A DNA stretch of 64,000 bases, taken from assembly GCF_045037415.1 (NCBI RefSeq), contig NZ_CP173438.1, one strand, 5' to 3'. The notes below the pieces were generated by a model. The model saw nothing but the letters and a program-made list of their open reading frames with translations. It made no database searches and was not told the origin of the DNA. The stretch's first letter is position 1; every line of letters starts with the position of its first letter. Shown piece after piece: positions 51,776-63,860 of this stretch. Made by a program: the position numbers and the translations under genes. Source of the DNA: Escherichia coli. GTDB lineage: Bacteria; Pseudomonadota; Gammaproteobacteria; Enterobacterales; Enterobacteriaceae.

Positions 51776-52702
51776 TCATTGTTTTAATCTGGCGGCGGTT
51801 TTTGCCTCAATCTGCTTAAGTAGGCTGCCGCTGTTCGGGCGGATAAAATCAGCGATTTCCCACTTACCTTCGCGCCGCTGTAAAATCAGTTCTTGCTCTT
51901 CGTTGTTGCCATTGGTCAGCGTAAAGCGAACATGAATGCGGGCGGAATCGGTGGTTTTCTCCAGGACTCGAATTTCATCAACGCGTGAAAATAACGACTC
52001 TTCGCCAAAACAGATCGGATTGTCGTAAATAAATTGCCGTTCTATTGGCATATCTTCATCGGGATTGTTGGCCGTCTTGAAGGTGGTTTTATAGAAGGCA
52101 TTGACCGCCTGGCGGTAAGAGTCGGAAACCACCCACGTCCACGGCCAGCTATAATCAGCAATATGTTCAAAGAGTTCGGCAACAAAGGCTTCCGGCTGTT
52201 CTTTTTGCAACGAAGCTATAGCGGCCAGTGTTTTTTCATTCTCGCTATTAACCGCTTGTAAGACGCTGCCATGATTGCTGACAATATCGTCAATGACCCA
52301 ACGACCATTTTCCGCCACCATTTTCAGTGTCTGCGAGGTCTTTTCTTTATCGTCTTGAAAGATACGAAAGCGCACAATGGCATCGGCATGATCGGCGTCA
52401 GTTTGGGTTATCGCTACGCTTTCTAACACCAGATCGCCAAAATCCTGACAATCACAAACCGGATCATAATCCAGCCAGCCAATATTGCCCGGCAGCGTAA
52501 GATTGTCGTTCAGGGTAAGCGCCTGTTGAATACGCGCAGAAGTTATCGCTCGCTCTCCGGTTTCACCAAAATAAGGGGCAGTGGCATCTGATTTATAGTT
52601 CTGATAAATATGCCGGACTGTTTGTTCTACGGTCTGTGAGGGGGGCTGTGCGTGTACGGTAAAACTTGCCAGGGCTGCTAAAAACAGAAGTATTATTTTC
52701 AT
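51776..52702 (-). CDS. yqhG: DUF3828 periplasmic protein YqhG, 308 aa
   Basis: Signal peptide MKIILLFLAALASFTVHA; position between yqhH and dkgA. Confidence 0.8.
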   Translation of the reverse strand: MKIILLFLAALASFTVHAQPPSQTVEQTVRHIYQNYKSDATAPYFGETGERAITSARIQQALTLNDNLTLPGNIGWLDYDPVCDCQDFGDLVLESVAITQTDADHADAIVRFRIFQDDKEKTSQTLKMVAENGRWVIDDIVSNHGSVLQAVNSENEKTLAAIASLQKEQPEAFVAELFEHIADYSWPWTWVVSDSYRQAVNAFYKTTFKTANNPDEDMPIERQFIYDNPICFGEESLFSRVDEIRVLEKTTDSARIHVRFTLTNGNNEEQELILQRREGKWEIADFIRPNSGSLLKQIEAKTAARLKQ

Positions 52703-52901
52703 CTGTTTTTCACCTCTCCGTTGCGTTTATCCCGGATATAGATGAGTTGTTCTTTTAAGAGCTTCCGGCTCTGCATGATGATGTCCTTATATTTGGCATT
52801 CCTGAACAAGGAAGAGTAGCAACGGGCGGGACGCGAGGGGAATAAATGATTTCTGAAAAGTCCGGTAGCGGAACATTACCGCCACCGGGAGAATTTGCAC
52901 G

Positions 52902-53729
52902 TTAGCCGCCGAACTGGTCAGGATCGGGACCGAGACGCTTGCCCTGATCGAGTTTTGCAATTTCGCCAAGTTCGTCTTTGTCGAGACGGAAATCCCAGAC
53001 ATCAAAGTTTTCGACAATGCGTGAAGGTGTGACCGATTTTGGGATCACCACCAGGCCGCTATCCAGATGCCAGCGGATAACAATCTGCGCAGGGGTTTTG
53101 CCGTATTTATCTGCCAGATCGCGAATGACTTTCTGATCGAAAACGCCTTTCCCTCCTTGCGCTAATGGGCTCCAGGATTCGGTCTGGATTTTGTGTGTCG
53201 CGTTCCAGGCATGTAGCTGGCGTTGTTGCATCAGCGGGTGAAGTTCGATCTGGTTTATCACAGGCGTCACGCCAGTTTCATCAATCAGGCGTTGCAGGTG
53301 ATGGATCTGGAAGTTGCACACGCCGATGCTTTTGATTAATCCCTCTTTTTGCAATTCGATCATGCCTTTCCATGCTTTGACATAATGGTCGATAGCGGGA
53401 ACGGGCCAGTGCATTAAATAGAGGTCGATATAATCAAGCTGGAGTTTTTTCAGGCTGTCGAGCAGGGCTTCGCGGGGGCGCTTGTGGTCGTCGTTCCACA
53501 GCTTAGTGGTGATGAACAGTTCTTCTCTGTTGACTGAGGCATTTTTCAGGGCTTTGCCGACACCTTCTTCGTTCTTGTAGGCCGCGGCGGTATCAATCGA
53601 GCGATAACCCACTTCTAACGCTTTTTGAATGGCGGTGATTACTTCCTCATTACTTGCTTGCCAGACGCCCAGTCCCAGCTGGGGCATGACATTGCCATCC
53701 TGTAGCTTAATAACGGTTGGATTAGCCAT
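52902..53729 (-). CDS. dkgA: 2,5-diketo-D-gluconate reductase A / methylglyoxal reductase DkgA (aldo-keto reductase), 275 aa
   Basis: AKR family pattern (MANPTVIKLQDGNVMPQLGLGVWQ...IDTAAAY...); downstream of yqhD. Confidence 0.9.
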   Translation of the reverse strand: MANPTVIKLQDGNVMPQLGLGVWQASNEEVITAIQKALEVGYRSIDTAAAYKNEEGVGKALKNASVNREELFITTKLWNDDHKRPREALLDSLKKLQLDYIDLYLMHWPVPAIDHYVKAWKGMIELQKEGLIKSIGVCNFQIHHLQRLIDETGVTPVINQIELHPLMQQRQLHAWNATHKIQTESWSPLAQGGKGVFDQKVIRDLADKYGKTPAQIVIRWHLDSGLVVIPKSVTPSRIVENFDVWDFRLDKDELGEIAKLDQGKRLGPDPDQFGG

Positions 53730-53833
53730 ACGTTCCTCCTTTATATGAACTCACCGGAGCAGGCTCCGGTGAGGTGTTGTGAACTTAAGTCTGGACGAAA
53801 TGCCCGAAAACGAAAGTTTGAGGCGTAAAAAGC

Positions 53834-54997
53834 TTAGCGGGCGGCTTCGTATATACGGCGGCTGACATCCAGCGTAATGTCATGATTTTCGCCCAGTTGG
53901 GTCATGCCGTGCTCTTCCAGTTTTTTCAGCAAAGCCGGGATGGAGCTGCCGTCCAGACCGTAGTCGGAGAGGTGGGTCAGCACGCCTAATTGCTCAAAGA
54001 AATTGCGGGTTGCGGCAATCGCGGCGTCAATACGCTCATCGTCTGAACCTTCAGTGATGTTCCAGACGCGTTCAGCATATTGCAGCAGCTTAGCGCGCTT
54101 GGTATCGCGTTTTTCATTCCACAGTGCAGGCAGGACGATAGCCAGTGTTTGCGCGTGATCCAGACCGTGCATCGCAGTCAGTTCGTGGCCCAGCATATGC
54201 GTTGCCCAGTCCTGCGGTACGCCAGCGCCGATCAAACCGTTCAGCGCCTGAGTCGCCGCCCACATGACGTTGGCGCGCACATCGTAGTTTTCTGGCTCTT
54301 TCAGGGCTTTCGGACCATCTTCGATCAGCGTCAGCAAAATGCCTTCTGCGAAACGGTCCTGAATTTTGGCATCAACCGGTTTGGTAACATACTGTTCCAC
54401 GGTGTGTACAAAGGCGTCCACTACGCCGTTAGCCACCTGACGCGGCGGCAGGGTGTAGGTATAAACCGGATCGAGCACGGCAAATACGGGCTGAACATGG
54501 GCAGAATGGAACGCCTGCTTGTCGCCTGTGGTTTTACGGGAGATCACCGCGCCTGCGTTGGATTCTGAACCGGTTGCTGGCAGCGTCAGCACACAGCCCA
54601 TCGGGATGGCGCTTTTAATCTCTTTACCGCCCGTTTGCAGAATGTGCCACGGATCGATATTTTCCGGATAGTTAGCCGCTGCGGCGATAAATTTGGTGCC
54701 GTCCAGTACAGAACCGCCGCCAACCGCCAGCAGGAACGTCACTTTCTGTTCGCGAACCAGTTTCACGGCGTTCATCAGCGTTTCATAAGCCGGGTTTGGT
54801 TCAATACCGCCAAATTCCAGTACGTCCATGCCTTTCAGGGCATCCAGAACTTGATCGAGAACGCCGGTTTTTTTCACGCTGCCGCCGCCGTAGGTAATCA
54901 ATACGCGAGCATCGTGAGGAATTTGTTCGCGTAAACCAGCGATTGCGCCTTTACCAAACAGAATGCGGGTTGGGGTGTGCAGATTAAAGTTGTTCAT
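53834..54997 (-). CDS. yqhD: NADPH-dependent aldehyde reductase YqhD (iron-type alcohol dehydrogenase), 387 aa
   Basis: ORF 53834..55021; start at [22 protein letters not shown]...; group III Fe-ADH motifs (GGGSVLD). Confidence 0.9.
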   Translation of the reverse strand: MNNFNLHTPTRILFGKGAIAGLREQIPHDARVLITYGGGSVKKTGVLDQVLDALKGMDVLEFGGIEPNPAYETLMNAVKLVREQKVTFLLAVGGGSVLDGTKFIAAAANYPENIDPWHILQTGGKEIKSAIPMGCVLTLPATGSESNAGAVISRKTTGDKQAFHSAHVQPVFAVLDPVYTYTLPPRQVANGVVDAFVHTVEQYVTKPVDAKIQDRFAEGILLTLIEDGPKALKEPENYDVRANVMWAATQALNGLIGAGVPQDWATHMLGHELTAMHGLDHAQTLAIVLPALWNEKRDTKRAKLLQYAERVWNITEGSDDERIDAAIAATRNFFEQLGVLTHLSDYGLDGSSIPALLKKLEEHGMTQLGENHDITLDVSRRIYEAAR

Positions 54998-55133
54998 TAC
55001 TTGCTCCCTTTGCTGGGTCAATATGAGGGCAGAGATCGGTCTGCCTGATGTTTTTCATTGTGGTCGCCAGCGCCGTACCTCTCAATGCTCATTTCTGCCA
55101 ATGTCTTGCCTATTTCTCCAGAGTGCTGGAGAA

Positions 55134-56090
55134 ATGCTACAAAATTGCGCACAATCAAATTGCCGCATTATTCCTAAGAAATTACGCGATATGAAACGTG
55201 AAGAGATTTGCCGCTTGCTGGCGGATAAAGTTAATAAACTGAAAAATAAAGAAAATAGTTTGTCAGAGCTGTTGCCCGATGTGCGTTTGTTGTATGGCGA
55301 GACGCCTTTCGCACGCACACCGGTGATGTACGAGCCTGGCATCATAATTCTCTTTTCCGGGCATAAAATCGGTTATATCAATGAACGCGTGTTTCGTTAT
55401 GATGCCAATGAATACCTGCTGCTGACGGTGCCGTTGCCGTTTGAGTGCGAAACCTATGCCACGTCAGAGGTGCCGCTGGCAGGGTTGCGTCTCAATGTCG
55501 ATATTTTGCAGTTACAGGAACTGTTGATGGACATTGGCGAAGATGAGCATTTCCAGCCGTCGATGGCAGCCAGCGGGATTAACTCTGCCACGTTATCAGA
55601 AGAGATTTTATGCGTGGCGGAGCGGTTACTCGACGTGATGGAGCGACCGCTGGATGCGCGTATTCTCGGCAAACAGATCATCCGCGAAATTCTGTACTAC
55701 GTGCTGACCGGACCTTGCGGCGGCGCGTTACTGGCACTGGTCAGCCGCCAGACTCACTTCAGCCTGATTAGTCGCGTGCTGAAACGGATTGAGAATAAAT
55801 ACACCGAAAACCTGAGCGTCGAGCAACTGGCGGCAGAAGCCAACATGAGCGTATCGGCGTTCCACCATAATTTTAAGTCTGTCACCAGCACCTCGCCGTT
55901 GCAGTATTTGAAGAATTACCGTCTGCATAAGGCGCGGATGATGATCATCCACGACGGCATGAAGGCCAGCGCGGCGGCGATGCGCGTCGGCTATGAAAGC
56001 GCATCGCAATTTAGCCGTGAGTTTAAACGTTACTTCGGTGTGACGCCGGGGGAAGATGCGGCAAGAATGCGGGCGATGCAGGGGAATTAA
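55134..56090 (+). CDS. yqhC: AraC-family transcriptional activator YqhC, 318 aa
   Basis: ORF 54963..56090; start chosen at the in-frame ATG giving 318 aa; C-terminal AraC-type HTH; divergent from yqhD. Confidence 0.8.
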   Translation: MLQNCAQSNCRIIPKKLRDMKREEICRLLADKVNKLKNKENSLSELLPDVRLLYGETPFARTPVMYEPGIIILFSGHKIGYINERVFRYDANEYLLLTVPLPFECETYATSEVPLAGLRLNVDILQLQELLMDIGEDEHFQPSMAASGINSATLSEEILCVAERLLDVMERPLDARILGKQIIREILYYVLTGPCGGALLALVSRQTHFSLISRVLKRIENKYTENLSVEQLAAEANMSVSAFHHNFKSVTSTSPLQYLKNYRLHKARMMIIHDGMKASAAAMRVGYESASQFSREFKRYFGVTPGEDAARMRAMQGN

Positions 56091-56129
56091 ATACGTTCCC
56101 GGTACAGCAACCGGGAACGGGGAAAATCG

Positions 56130-56789
56130 TCAGGCGTTACAGTATTTTTTTTTAATCACCACAAACAGCGTGCCCAACAAGCCAGCGGTTAACAAGGCAA
56201 TTGGCAGGATCATCAGGAACGTCATTACCTGATCTTCATGTCGTTTAACGAACGGAATCATACTTAAGGCATAGCCGAAACTGGTTACCACGCTGACCCA
56301 CAGCAATCCGCTTAACCAGTTGAAAAACTGGAAGCGGCGGTTTGGCAGACCGGAAATTCCCGCCATGGTTGGCAGCAGCGTACGGACAAATGCAAGAAAA
56401 CGTCCAGCCAGCAGCGCCAGCAGACCGTGGCGGTCAAACATGCAGGTGGCGCGCTGGTGATATTTAGCAGGAAGCTGTGCCAGCCAGCCTTTCACCGTTT
56501 TGGTATTCCCTAACCAGCGCCCCTGAATATAACTTAGCCAGCAGCCCAGACTTGCTGCGGCGGTCAGAATCGCAATCGTAGGCAGAAAATCCATAACCCC
56601 CTGGGCAATCAATGCGCCTGCCAGTATCAACAAGCTGTCGCCTGGCAAAAATGAGGCGGGCAGCAAGCCGTTTTCTAAAAACAGCGTGGCAAACATAACA
56701 AAGTAAACAACGCTAACAATATGAGGGTCCGCCAGCGCGGCAAAGTCGTGTTGCCAGAGCGCAGCGATGATATCTTGAATAACAGCCAT
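56130..56789 (-). CDS. yghB: DedA-family inner membrane protein YghB, 219 aa
   Basis: DedA/SNARE-associated family pattern, polytopic; adjacent to metC. Confidence 0.85.
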
Positions 56790-56928
56790 GGACTTTCCTG
56801 TGGAACAGCGTTTAAGCCTTTATCTGCCTATTGTACTCCTGAATCGTCCGGGACGCCTTGATCCCGGACGCAACAATTTAAGACTTTTCACAATAAAATG
56901 TCTGCAAAATTGTCCAAAAGTGGCAATG

Positions 56929-58116
56929 TTATACAATTCGCGCAAAACCGGCGTCCAGATCGGCAATCAGATCGTCGACATCTTCCAGACCAATATGCAG
57001 GCGAATCAAGGTCCCGCTAAAATCGATCTTGCCTTGTGGGCGAATGGCGGCGATATGTTCTGGTTGATTTGCCAGGATCAACGATTCATACCCGCCCCAC
57101 GAGTAGGCCATGCTGAATAAACTGAAGTTATCCAGATAGTTCGCCAGCTCTTCATCATTGAGTTTTTTCTTAAGCACAAAGGAAAATAGCCCGCTGCTGC
57201 CTGTAAAGTCTCGTTTCCAGAATTCGTGGCCTTTACTGCCAGGCAGAGCAGGGTGGTTAACTCGCGCTACTTGGGGATGTTCTGCCAGCCATTCAGCCAC
57301 TTTCAGACTGCTTTCATGATGTTGGCGCAAACGCACACCTAATGTGCGCAGGCCACGGCTGGTTATATAGGCGGTATCGGCATCGACCATCTGGCCCATC
57401 AGATAGGCATTCTCTCGCAGCTGCTCCCAGCAACGGGCATTGCACACCGCAGTGCCAATCATCGCATCTGAATGCCCAACCAGATATTTGGTGGCGGCCT
57501 GAATAGAAACATCGATGCCAAAATCCAGCGCCTTAAACAGCACACCGGCTGCCCAGGTGTTGTCGATCATAATGATGGCATCCGGGACCACACTGCGTAC
57601 GGCGGCAACAATCGCCGGAACATCGTGGACTTCCATGGTGATGGAACCTGGCGATTCCAGAAACACGATTTTAGTGTTTGGCTGCAGATGCTTAACGATA
57701 TCGGCACCAATCAGCGGATCAAACCACGATGTCGTTACGCCCAGTTTGCTGAGGATTTTGCTACAGAAATCCTGACTCGGTTCATAGGCGGTGTTGGTCA
57801 TCAACACATGATCGCCCTGTTCGACAAAAGCAAGAATGGAATTAGCAACCGCTGCCGCCCCGCAGGGAAATAGCACACAGCCTGCGCCACCTTCCAGTTC
57901 ACACATCGCTTGTTGTAAGGAGAAATGGGTTAACGTTCCACGCCGTCCATAGAACAACTCGCCATTGGCGCGATTACGTGTCGCGTGTTTTTTGGCTTCT
58001 ACACTGTCAAAGACCAGCGAAGACGCGCGCTGAATCACGCTATTTACCGCACCGAGCGTGTATTTTTTGCTGCGTCCTGCATTCACCAGTTGAGTATCAA
58101 GCTTTTTGTCCGCCAT
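56929..58116 (-). CDS. metC: Cystathionine beta-lyase MetC (PLP-dependent), 395 aa
   Basis: ORF 56929..58251; start at [38 protein letters not shown]... Confidence 0.9.
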   Translation of the reverse strand: MADKKLDTQLVNAGRSKKYTLGAVNSVIQRASSLVFDSVEAKKHATRNRANGELFYGRRGTLTHFSLQQAMCELEGGAGCVLFPCGAAAVANSILAFVEQGDHVLMTNTAYEPSQDFCSKILSKLGVTTSWFDPLIGADIVKHLQPNTKIVFLESPGSITMEVHDVPAIVAAVRSVVPDAIIMIDNTWAAGVLFKALDFGIDVSIQAATKYLVGHSDAMIGTAVCNARCWEQLRENAYLMGQMVDADTAYITSRGLRTLGVRLRQHHESSLKVAEWLAEHPQVARVNHPALPGSKGHEFWKRDFTGSSGLFSFVLKKKLNDEELANYLDNFSLFSMAYSWGGYESLILANQPEHIAAIRPQGKIDFSGTLIRLHIGLEDVDDLIADLDAGFARIV

Positions 58117-58281
58117 GTCGGGATTCCTGTTTTTATACGTCTGGATGTCTAAACTAGCATGAATATTCGCGGGCGCATCCTGAAGAATTGGCATAAAGCA
58201 GAAAATTTTCGCAAATGGCGTGCTGGTTACTTTTTTACTGCGTAAACGCAAGGAAAAGAAAGCAAAGGTACGGCAGTATGC

Positions 58282-58304
58282 AAATAGTAATGAGAACGAC
58301 TATC
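58282..58304. promoter_or_regulatory. Candidate Fur box in the exbB promoter region
   Basis: AAATAGTAATGAGAACGACTATC, a partial match to the Fur consensus, about 65 bp upstream of exbB. Confidence 0.35.
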
Positions 58305-58367
58305 AATTCGACGTCGTTTTGATATTATTATGCACAGATTTTGTGACTTGCGTCCTGGAGATACACA

Positions 58368-59102
58368 GTGGGTAATAATTTAATGCAGACGGACCTCTCC
58401 GTCTGGGGTATGTATCAGCACGCCGATATTGTCGTTAAGTGCGTGATGATTGGGCTTATTTTGGCCTCCGTAGTCACCTGGGCAATCTTCTTCAGTAAGA
58501 GCGTGGAGTTCTTCAATCAGAAGCGTCGTCTTAAGCGCGAGCAGCAACTGCTGGCTGAAGCGCGTTCCTTAAACCAGGCCAACGATATCGCCGCTGATTT
58601 TGGTAGCAAAAGCTTGAGCCTGCATTTGCTCAATGAAGCGCAGAATGAGCTGGAACTGTCAGAAGGCAGCGACGATAACGAAGGTATTAAAGAACGTACC
58701 AGCTTCCGTCTGGAGCGTCGGGTCGCCGCAGTAGGTCGTCAAATGGGCCGTGGTAACGGCTATCTGGCAACCATCGGCGCGATTTCGCCGTTCGTTGGTC
58801 TGTTTGGTACGGTCTGGGGCATCATGAACAGCTTTATTGGTATCGCGCAAACGCAGACCACTAACCTGGCAGTCGTTGCGCCGGGTATTGCAGAAGCTCT
58901 GTTAGCAACGGCAATCGGCCTCGTGGCAGCGATTCCTGCGGTCGTTATCTATAACGTATTTGCACGCCAGATTGGCGGCTTTAAAGCGATGCTGGGTGAT
59001 GTTGCAGCGCAGGTATTGTTGCTGCAAAGCCGTGACCTGGATCTGGAAGCCAGCGCCGCTGCGCATCCGGTTCGTGTCGCACAAAAATTACGTGCAGGAT
59101 AA
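58368..59102 (+). CDS. exbB: TonB-system energiser ExbB, 244 aa
   Basis: MotA/TolQ/ExbB family membrane protein; product MGNNLMQTDLSVWGMYQHADIVVKCVMIGLILASVVTW... Confidence 0.95.
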   Translation: MGNNLMQTDLSVWGMYQHADIVVKCVMIGLILASVVTWAIFFSKSVEFFNQKRRLKREQQLLAEARSLNQANDIAADFGSKSLSLHLLNEAQNELELSEGSDDNEGIKERTSFRLERRVAAVGRQMGRGNGYLATIGAISPFVGLFGTVWGIMNSFIGIAQTQTTNLAVVAPGIAEALLATAIGLVAAIPAVVIYNVFARQIGGFKAMLGDVAAQVLLLQSRDLDLEASAAAHPVRVAQKLRAG

Positions 59103-59108
59103 TGTCCG

Positions 59109-59534
59109 ATGGCGATGCATCTTAACGAAAACCTCGACGATAACGGCGAAATGCATGATATCAACGTGACGCCGTTTATCGACGTGATGTTGGTTTTGCT
59201 GATTATCTTTATGGTGGCGGCACCGTTAGCGACGGTAGATGTGAAGGTGAATTTGCCTGCTTCTACCAGCACGCCGCAGCCGCGCCCGGAAAAACCGGTT
59301 TATCTGTCGGTGAAAGCAGACAACTCGATGTTTATTGGTAACGATCCGGTCACCGATGAAACAATGATTACGGCGTTGAATGCGTTAACCGAAGGCAAGA
59401 AAGACACCACCATCTTCTTCCGTGCGGATAAAACTGTCGATTACGAGACGTTGATGAAGGTAATGGATACGCTGCATCAGGCGGGTTACCTGAAAATAGG
59501 TCTGGTCGGCGAAGAAACTGCGAAAGCGAAATAA
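59109..59534 (+). CDS. exbD: TonB-system protein ExbD, 141 aa
   Basis: ExbD/TolR family (MAMHLNENLDDNGEMHDINVTPFIDVMLVLLIIFMV...). Confidence 0.95.
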   Translation: MAMHLNENLDDNGEMHDINVTPFIDVMLVLLIIFMVAAPLATVDVKVNLPASTSTPQPRPEKPVYLSVKADNSMFIGNDPVTDETMITALNALTEGKKDTTIFFRADKTVDYETLMKVMDTLHQAGYLKIGLVGEETAKAK

Positions 59535-59539
59535 AAATG

Positions 59540-59575
59540 ATGCCCGGTTGCTTTTCACAACCGGGCATTTTTTTA
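59540..59575 (+). terminator. Rho-independent terminator of exbBD (ATGCCCGGTTG...CAACCGGGCAT followed by TTTTTTT)
   Basis: 11-bp perfect stem followed by a 7-T run directly after the exbD stop. Confidence 0.6.
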
Positions 59576-60457
59576 ACCTAAATGCTCGCCGCCGCAGACA
59601 CCGTGCACTTCTGCGGTGACGTAGCTCGACTCCTGACTTGCCAGGTAAACATATACAGGGGCCAGCTCCGCCGGTTGCCCCGCACGCTTCATCGGCGTTT
59701 TCTGACCAAACTGCGGGATCTTATCCTGCGTTTGTCCGCCAGAAATTTGCAGTGCTGTCCAGATCGGGCCTGGCGCGACAATATTCACCCGAATACCTTT
59801 CTCCGCGACCTGTTTTGCCAGGCCACGGCTGTAGTTCAGAATTGCCGCCTTCGTAGCCGCATAGTCCAGTAAATGCGGGCTTGGCTGGTATGCCTGGATT
59901 GAGGAAGTGGTGATGATACTTGCACCTTTCGGTAGCAGGGGGATCGCTTCCTGGGTTAGCCAGAACAACGCGAAAACGTTAATGGCAAAGGTCTTTTGAA
60001 ACTGTTCGCTGGTGAGGTCTGCAATATCAGGAATGGCAACCTGTTTCCCGGCTACCAGCGCCATAATATCCAGCCCGCCTAACGCCTTGTGTGCTTCGTG
60101 AACCAGCGAACGGGCGAATTTCTCATCGCTTAAATCGCCTGGCAGCAGAACGGCTTTGCGTCCGCATTCTTCAATGATCTTTTTCACATCCTGAGCGTCT
60201 TCTTCTTCCACGGGAAGATAACTGATCGCCACGTCAGCCCCTTCACGCGCGTAAGCAATGGCGGCAGCGCGACCGATTCCGGAATCGCCCCCTGTCACCA
60301 GTGCTTTACGATCTTTCAGGCGACCGCTACCAACATAGGTTTTCTCGCCGCAATCCGGTACCGGTGTCATCTTCGCCTGGATGCCTGGCGTCGGTTGTTT
60401 CTGTTTGGGATATTCACCAGTGTAATACTGCGTGGTCGGGTCTTTTAAATGAGACAT
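59573..60457 (-). CDS. yghA: Short-chain dehydrogenase/reductase YghA, 294 aa
   Basis: SDR cofactor motif [12 protein letters not shown] and catalytic YxxxK region. Confidence 0.85.
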   Translation of the reverse strand: MSHLKDPTTQYYTGEYPKQKQPTPGIQAKMTPVPDCGEKTYVGSGRLKDRKALVTGGDSGIGRAAAIAYAREGADVAISYLPVEEEDAQDVKKIIEECGRKAVLLPGDLSDEKFARSLVHEAHKALGGLDIMALVAGKQVAIPDIADLTSEQFQKTFAINVFALFWLTQEAIPLLPKGASIITTSSIQAYQPSPHLLDYAATKAAILNYSRGLAKQVAEKGIRVNIVAPGPIWTALQISGGQTQDKIPQFGQKTPMKRAGQPAELAPVYVYLASQESSYVTAEVHGVCGGEHLG

Positions 60458-60578
60458 CGTTTTTCTCCCTTCAGGTTCAACGTCCTTTAAGGGTAGACGC
60501 TCTCGATGCGTTGATAAGGGAACCAGGAAGATCCCTAACCCTCAGAATTATGCGACAAAGGTTTAACGTATATGTTGA

Positions 60579-61142
<564 letters not shown>

Positions 61143-61150
61143 TCTGATTC

Positions 61151-61170
61151 GGGCGCGGTTCTCGCGCCCG
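61151..61170. terminator. Hairpin (GGGCGCG-GTTCT-CGCGCCC) between yqhA (+) and yghZ (-)
   Basis: 7-bp GC stem between convergent stops. Confidence 0.45.
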
Positions 61171-61181
61171 TTATTAACAGG

Positions 61182-62222
61182 TCATTTATCGGAAGACGCC
61201 TGCCACAAATTCAGCTCTCCATCGGCGATATGCTGATCAATCTGCGCCAGCTCCTCGGTGCTAAATGTCAGATTATTCAGCGCCTGCACGTTCTCCTCAA
61301 GTTGCTCCGCGCGGCTGGCACCAATCAATACCGACGTCACGCGATCATCTTTCAGCAACCAGCTTAACGCCATTTGCGCCATTGATTGTCCACGCTGCTG
61401 TGCCATTTCATTCAATAACCGCAGGCTGTTGAGGTTGGCTTCGGTGAGCATTTTCGGCGTCAGACCACGAACTTTATTCCCTTCACGATGCATCCGTGAA
61501 TCTTGCGGAATACCGTTGAGATATTTTCCGGTCAGCAATCCCTGTGCCAGTGGAGTAAAGGCAATGCAGCCCACGCCGTTATTTTGCAGGGTATCCAGCA
61601 GGCCGCTTTTATCCACCCAGCGGTTCAGTAAATTGTACGAAGGTTGATGAATTAACAGCGGAATTTTCCACTCGCGCAGCAACTCGACCATTTTTTGCGT
61701 CCGCTCTGGCGAGTAAGAGGAGATCCCGACATACAGCGCCTTACCGCTTTGTACAGCATGAGCCAGCGCAGAGGCGGTTTCTTCCATCGGCGTATTTTCA
61801 TCGACGCGATGAGAGTAAAAGATATCGACATACTCAAGCCCCATACGCTTCAGGCTTTGGTCGAGGCTGGCGAGCAGGTATTTACGTGAGCCGCCAGAGC
61901 CGTATGGGCCGGGCCACATATCGTATCCGGCTTTGGTAGAGATAATCAGTTCATCGCGATAAGCGGCAAAATCCTCGCGCAGCAGGCGACCAAAGTTCTC
62001 TTCTGCGCTTCCTGGAGGCGGCCCGTAGTTGTTGGCTAAATCAAAGTGCGTAATGCCTAAATCAAACGCTTTACGCAGGATCGCACGCTGTGATTCCAGC
62101 GCGTTAACGTGACCGAAATTGTGCCATAAACCGAGCGATAACGCGGGCAGGCGTAAACCACTTTTTCCGCAATAGCGGTACTGCATCTGCCCGTAACGTT
62201 CGGGATTCGCTAACCAGACCAT
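61182..62222 (-). CDS. yghZ: Aldo-keto reductase YghZ (Kv-beta-like, L-glyceraldehyde 3-phosphate reductase), 346 aa
   Basis: AKR family pattern (..GITHFDLANNYGPPPGSAEENFG..). Confidence 0.85.
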   Translation of the reverse strand: MVWLANPERYGQMQYRYCGKSGLRLPALSLGLWHNFGHVNALESQRAILRKAFDLGITHFDLANNYGPPPGSAEENFGRLLREDFAAYRDELIISTKAGYDMWPGPYGSGGSRKYLLASLDQSLKRMGLEYVDIFYSHRVDENTPMEETASALAHAVQSGKALYVGISSYSPERTQKMVELLREWKIPLLIHQPSYNLLNRWVDKSGLLDTLQNNGVGCIAFTPLAQGLLTGKYLNGIPQDSRMHREGNKVRGLTPKMLTEANLNSLRLLNEMAQQRGQSMAQMALSWLLKDDRVTSVLIGASRAEQLEENVQALNNLTFSTEELAQIDQHIADGELNLWQASSDK

Positions 62223-62378
62223 GACCTCTCCTTTCCATCGTTCAATTTCGAAACAATGTTTCTAGTTTAGCGATTCGCCAGCGCGTATCCCGTAGTCTGG
62301 CTCACAGAGTGACGAAAAACTGGGCAAAAACACGCGCTTATGCTTTGCTTAAAAAAACACCAGTTGAGGAGTGCAACG

Positions 62379-63266
62379 ATGCCGCGTTTAACCGCCAAAG
62401 ATTTCCCACAAGAGTTGCTGGATTACTACGACTATTACGCTCACGGGAAAATCTCGAAACGTGAGTTCCTCAACCTTGCGGCGAAGTATGCGGTGGGCGG
62501 GATGACGGCATTAGCGCTGTTTGATTTGCTCAAGTCAAATTATGCGTTGGCGACTCAGGTAGAGTTTACCGACCCGGAAATTGTTGCTGAGTACATCACG
62601 TATCCCTCGCCAAATGGTCACGGCGAGGTACGGGGTTATCTGGTGAAGCCCGCAAAAATGAGCGGCAAAACGCCAGCCGTGGTAGTGGTGCATGAGAATC
62701 GAGGGCTGAATCCGTATATCGAAGATGTGACGCGGCGAGTGGCGAAGGCTGGGTACATCGCCCTGGCGCCAGACGGTTTAAGCTCAGTAGGTGGCTATCC
62801 TGGTAACGATGATAAAGGCCGCGAACTGCAACAGCAGGTTGATCCAACCAAACTGATGAATGATTTCTTTGCCGCAATTGAGTTTATGCAACGCTATCCG
62901 CAAGCGACAGGCAAAGTGGGTATTAGCGGATTTTGCTATGGCGGGGGCGTATCGAACGCGGCAGCAGTCGCGTATCCGGAACTGGCCTGCGCGGTGCCGT
63001 TTTATGGGCGTCAGGCACCCACTGCCGATGTGGCGAAGATTGAAGCGCCTTTACTGCTCCACTACGCTGAACTGGATAGCCGAATCAACGAGGGCTGGCC
63101 CGCTTACGAGGCGGCGTTGAAAGCCAATAATAAGGTCTATGAGGCGTATATATATCCGGGGGTTAATCACGGATTCCATAATGATTCCACGCCCCGTTAT
63201 GACAAATCTGCCGCCGATCTTGCCTGGCAAAGGACGCTGAAATGGTTCGATAAATATCTCTCCTGA
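62379..63266 (+). CDS. yghX: Dienelactone-hydrolase-family protein YghX, apparently intact, about 295 aa
   Basis: ORF 62340..63266; start at MPRLTAKDFPQELLDYYDYYAHG...; alpha/beta hydrolase with nucleophile elbow GFCYGG. Confidence 0.75.
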   Translation: MPRLTAKDFPQELLDYYDYYAHGKISKREFLNLAAKYAVGGMTALALFDLLKSNYALATQVEFTDPEIVAEYITYPSPNGHGEVRGYLVKPAKMSGKTPAVVVVHENRGLNPYIEDVTRRVAKAGYIALAPDGLSSVGGYPGNDDKGRELQQQVDPTKLMNDFFAAIEFMQRYPQATGKVGISGFCYGGGVSNAAAVAYPELACAVPFYGRQAPTADVAKIEAPLLLHYAELDSRINEGWPAYEAALKANNKVYEAYIYPGVNHGFHNDSTPRYDKSAADLAWQRTLKWFDKYLS

Positions 63267-63384
63267 TGGGTTTATCTCTTACAGGATTACGTCTTAAACA
63301 AGCATGAAAAAATAGCGTGCGCAAATGTCGTTCTTTGCCTAAAATATCGCTATATATGACAATATATAGCGAATGAGGTGAACG

Positions 63385-63672
63385 ATGAATAACCATTTTG
63401 GTAAAGGCTTAATGGCGGGATTAAAAGCAACGCATGCCGACAGTGCGGTTAATGTGACAAAATTCTGTGCCGATTATAAACGCGGTTTTGTATTAGGCTA
63501 CTCACACCGGATGTACGAAAAGACCGGAGATCGCCAGCTTAGCGCCTGGGAAGCGGGTATTCTGACGCGCCGTTATGGACTGGATAAAGAGATGGTAATG
63601 GATTTCTTTCGTGAGAATAATTCCTGTTCTACGTTGCGCTTTTTTATGGCCGGTTATCGCCTAGAAAATTGA
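63385..63672 (+). CDS. yghW: DUF2623 protein YghW, 95 aa
   Basis: 95-aa ORF between yghX and the hyb operon. Confidence 0.7.
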
Positions 63673-63860
63673 TCAAACATACGTATTATCTTGCTTTAAT
63701 TAATTACACTAATGCTTCTTCCCTTCGTTTTAGTGCCCCGCCGCAGTATCATGATATCGATAACCATAATAAATGTGTGGTAAATGGCGCATCGATCGCA
63801 TTATTGATTTTGCGATTGAGGCAAAATATATGCCAGGTCTTCGCAACGGAATAACTATAA

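Noticed and set aside
63669-63854. 61-aa plus-strand ORF between yghW and hybO
   Set aside because: No convincing ribosome-binding site and low-complexity product; more likely part of the hyb operon promoter/leader region.
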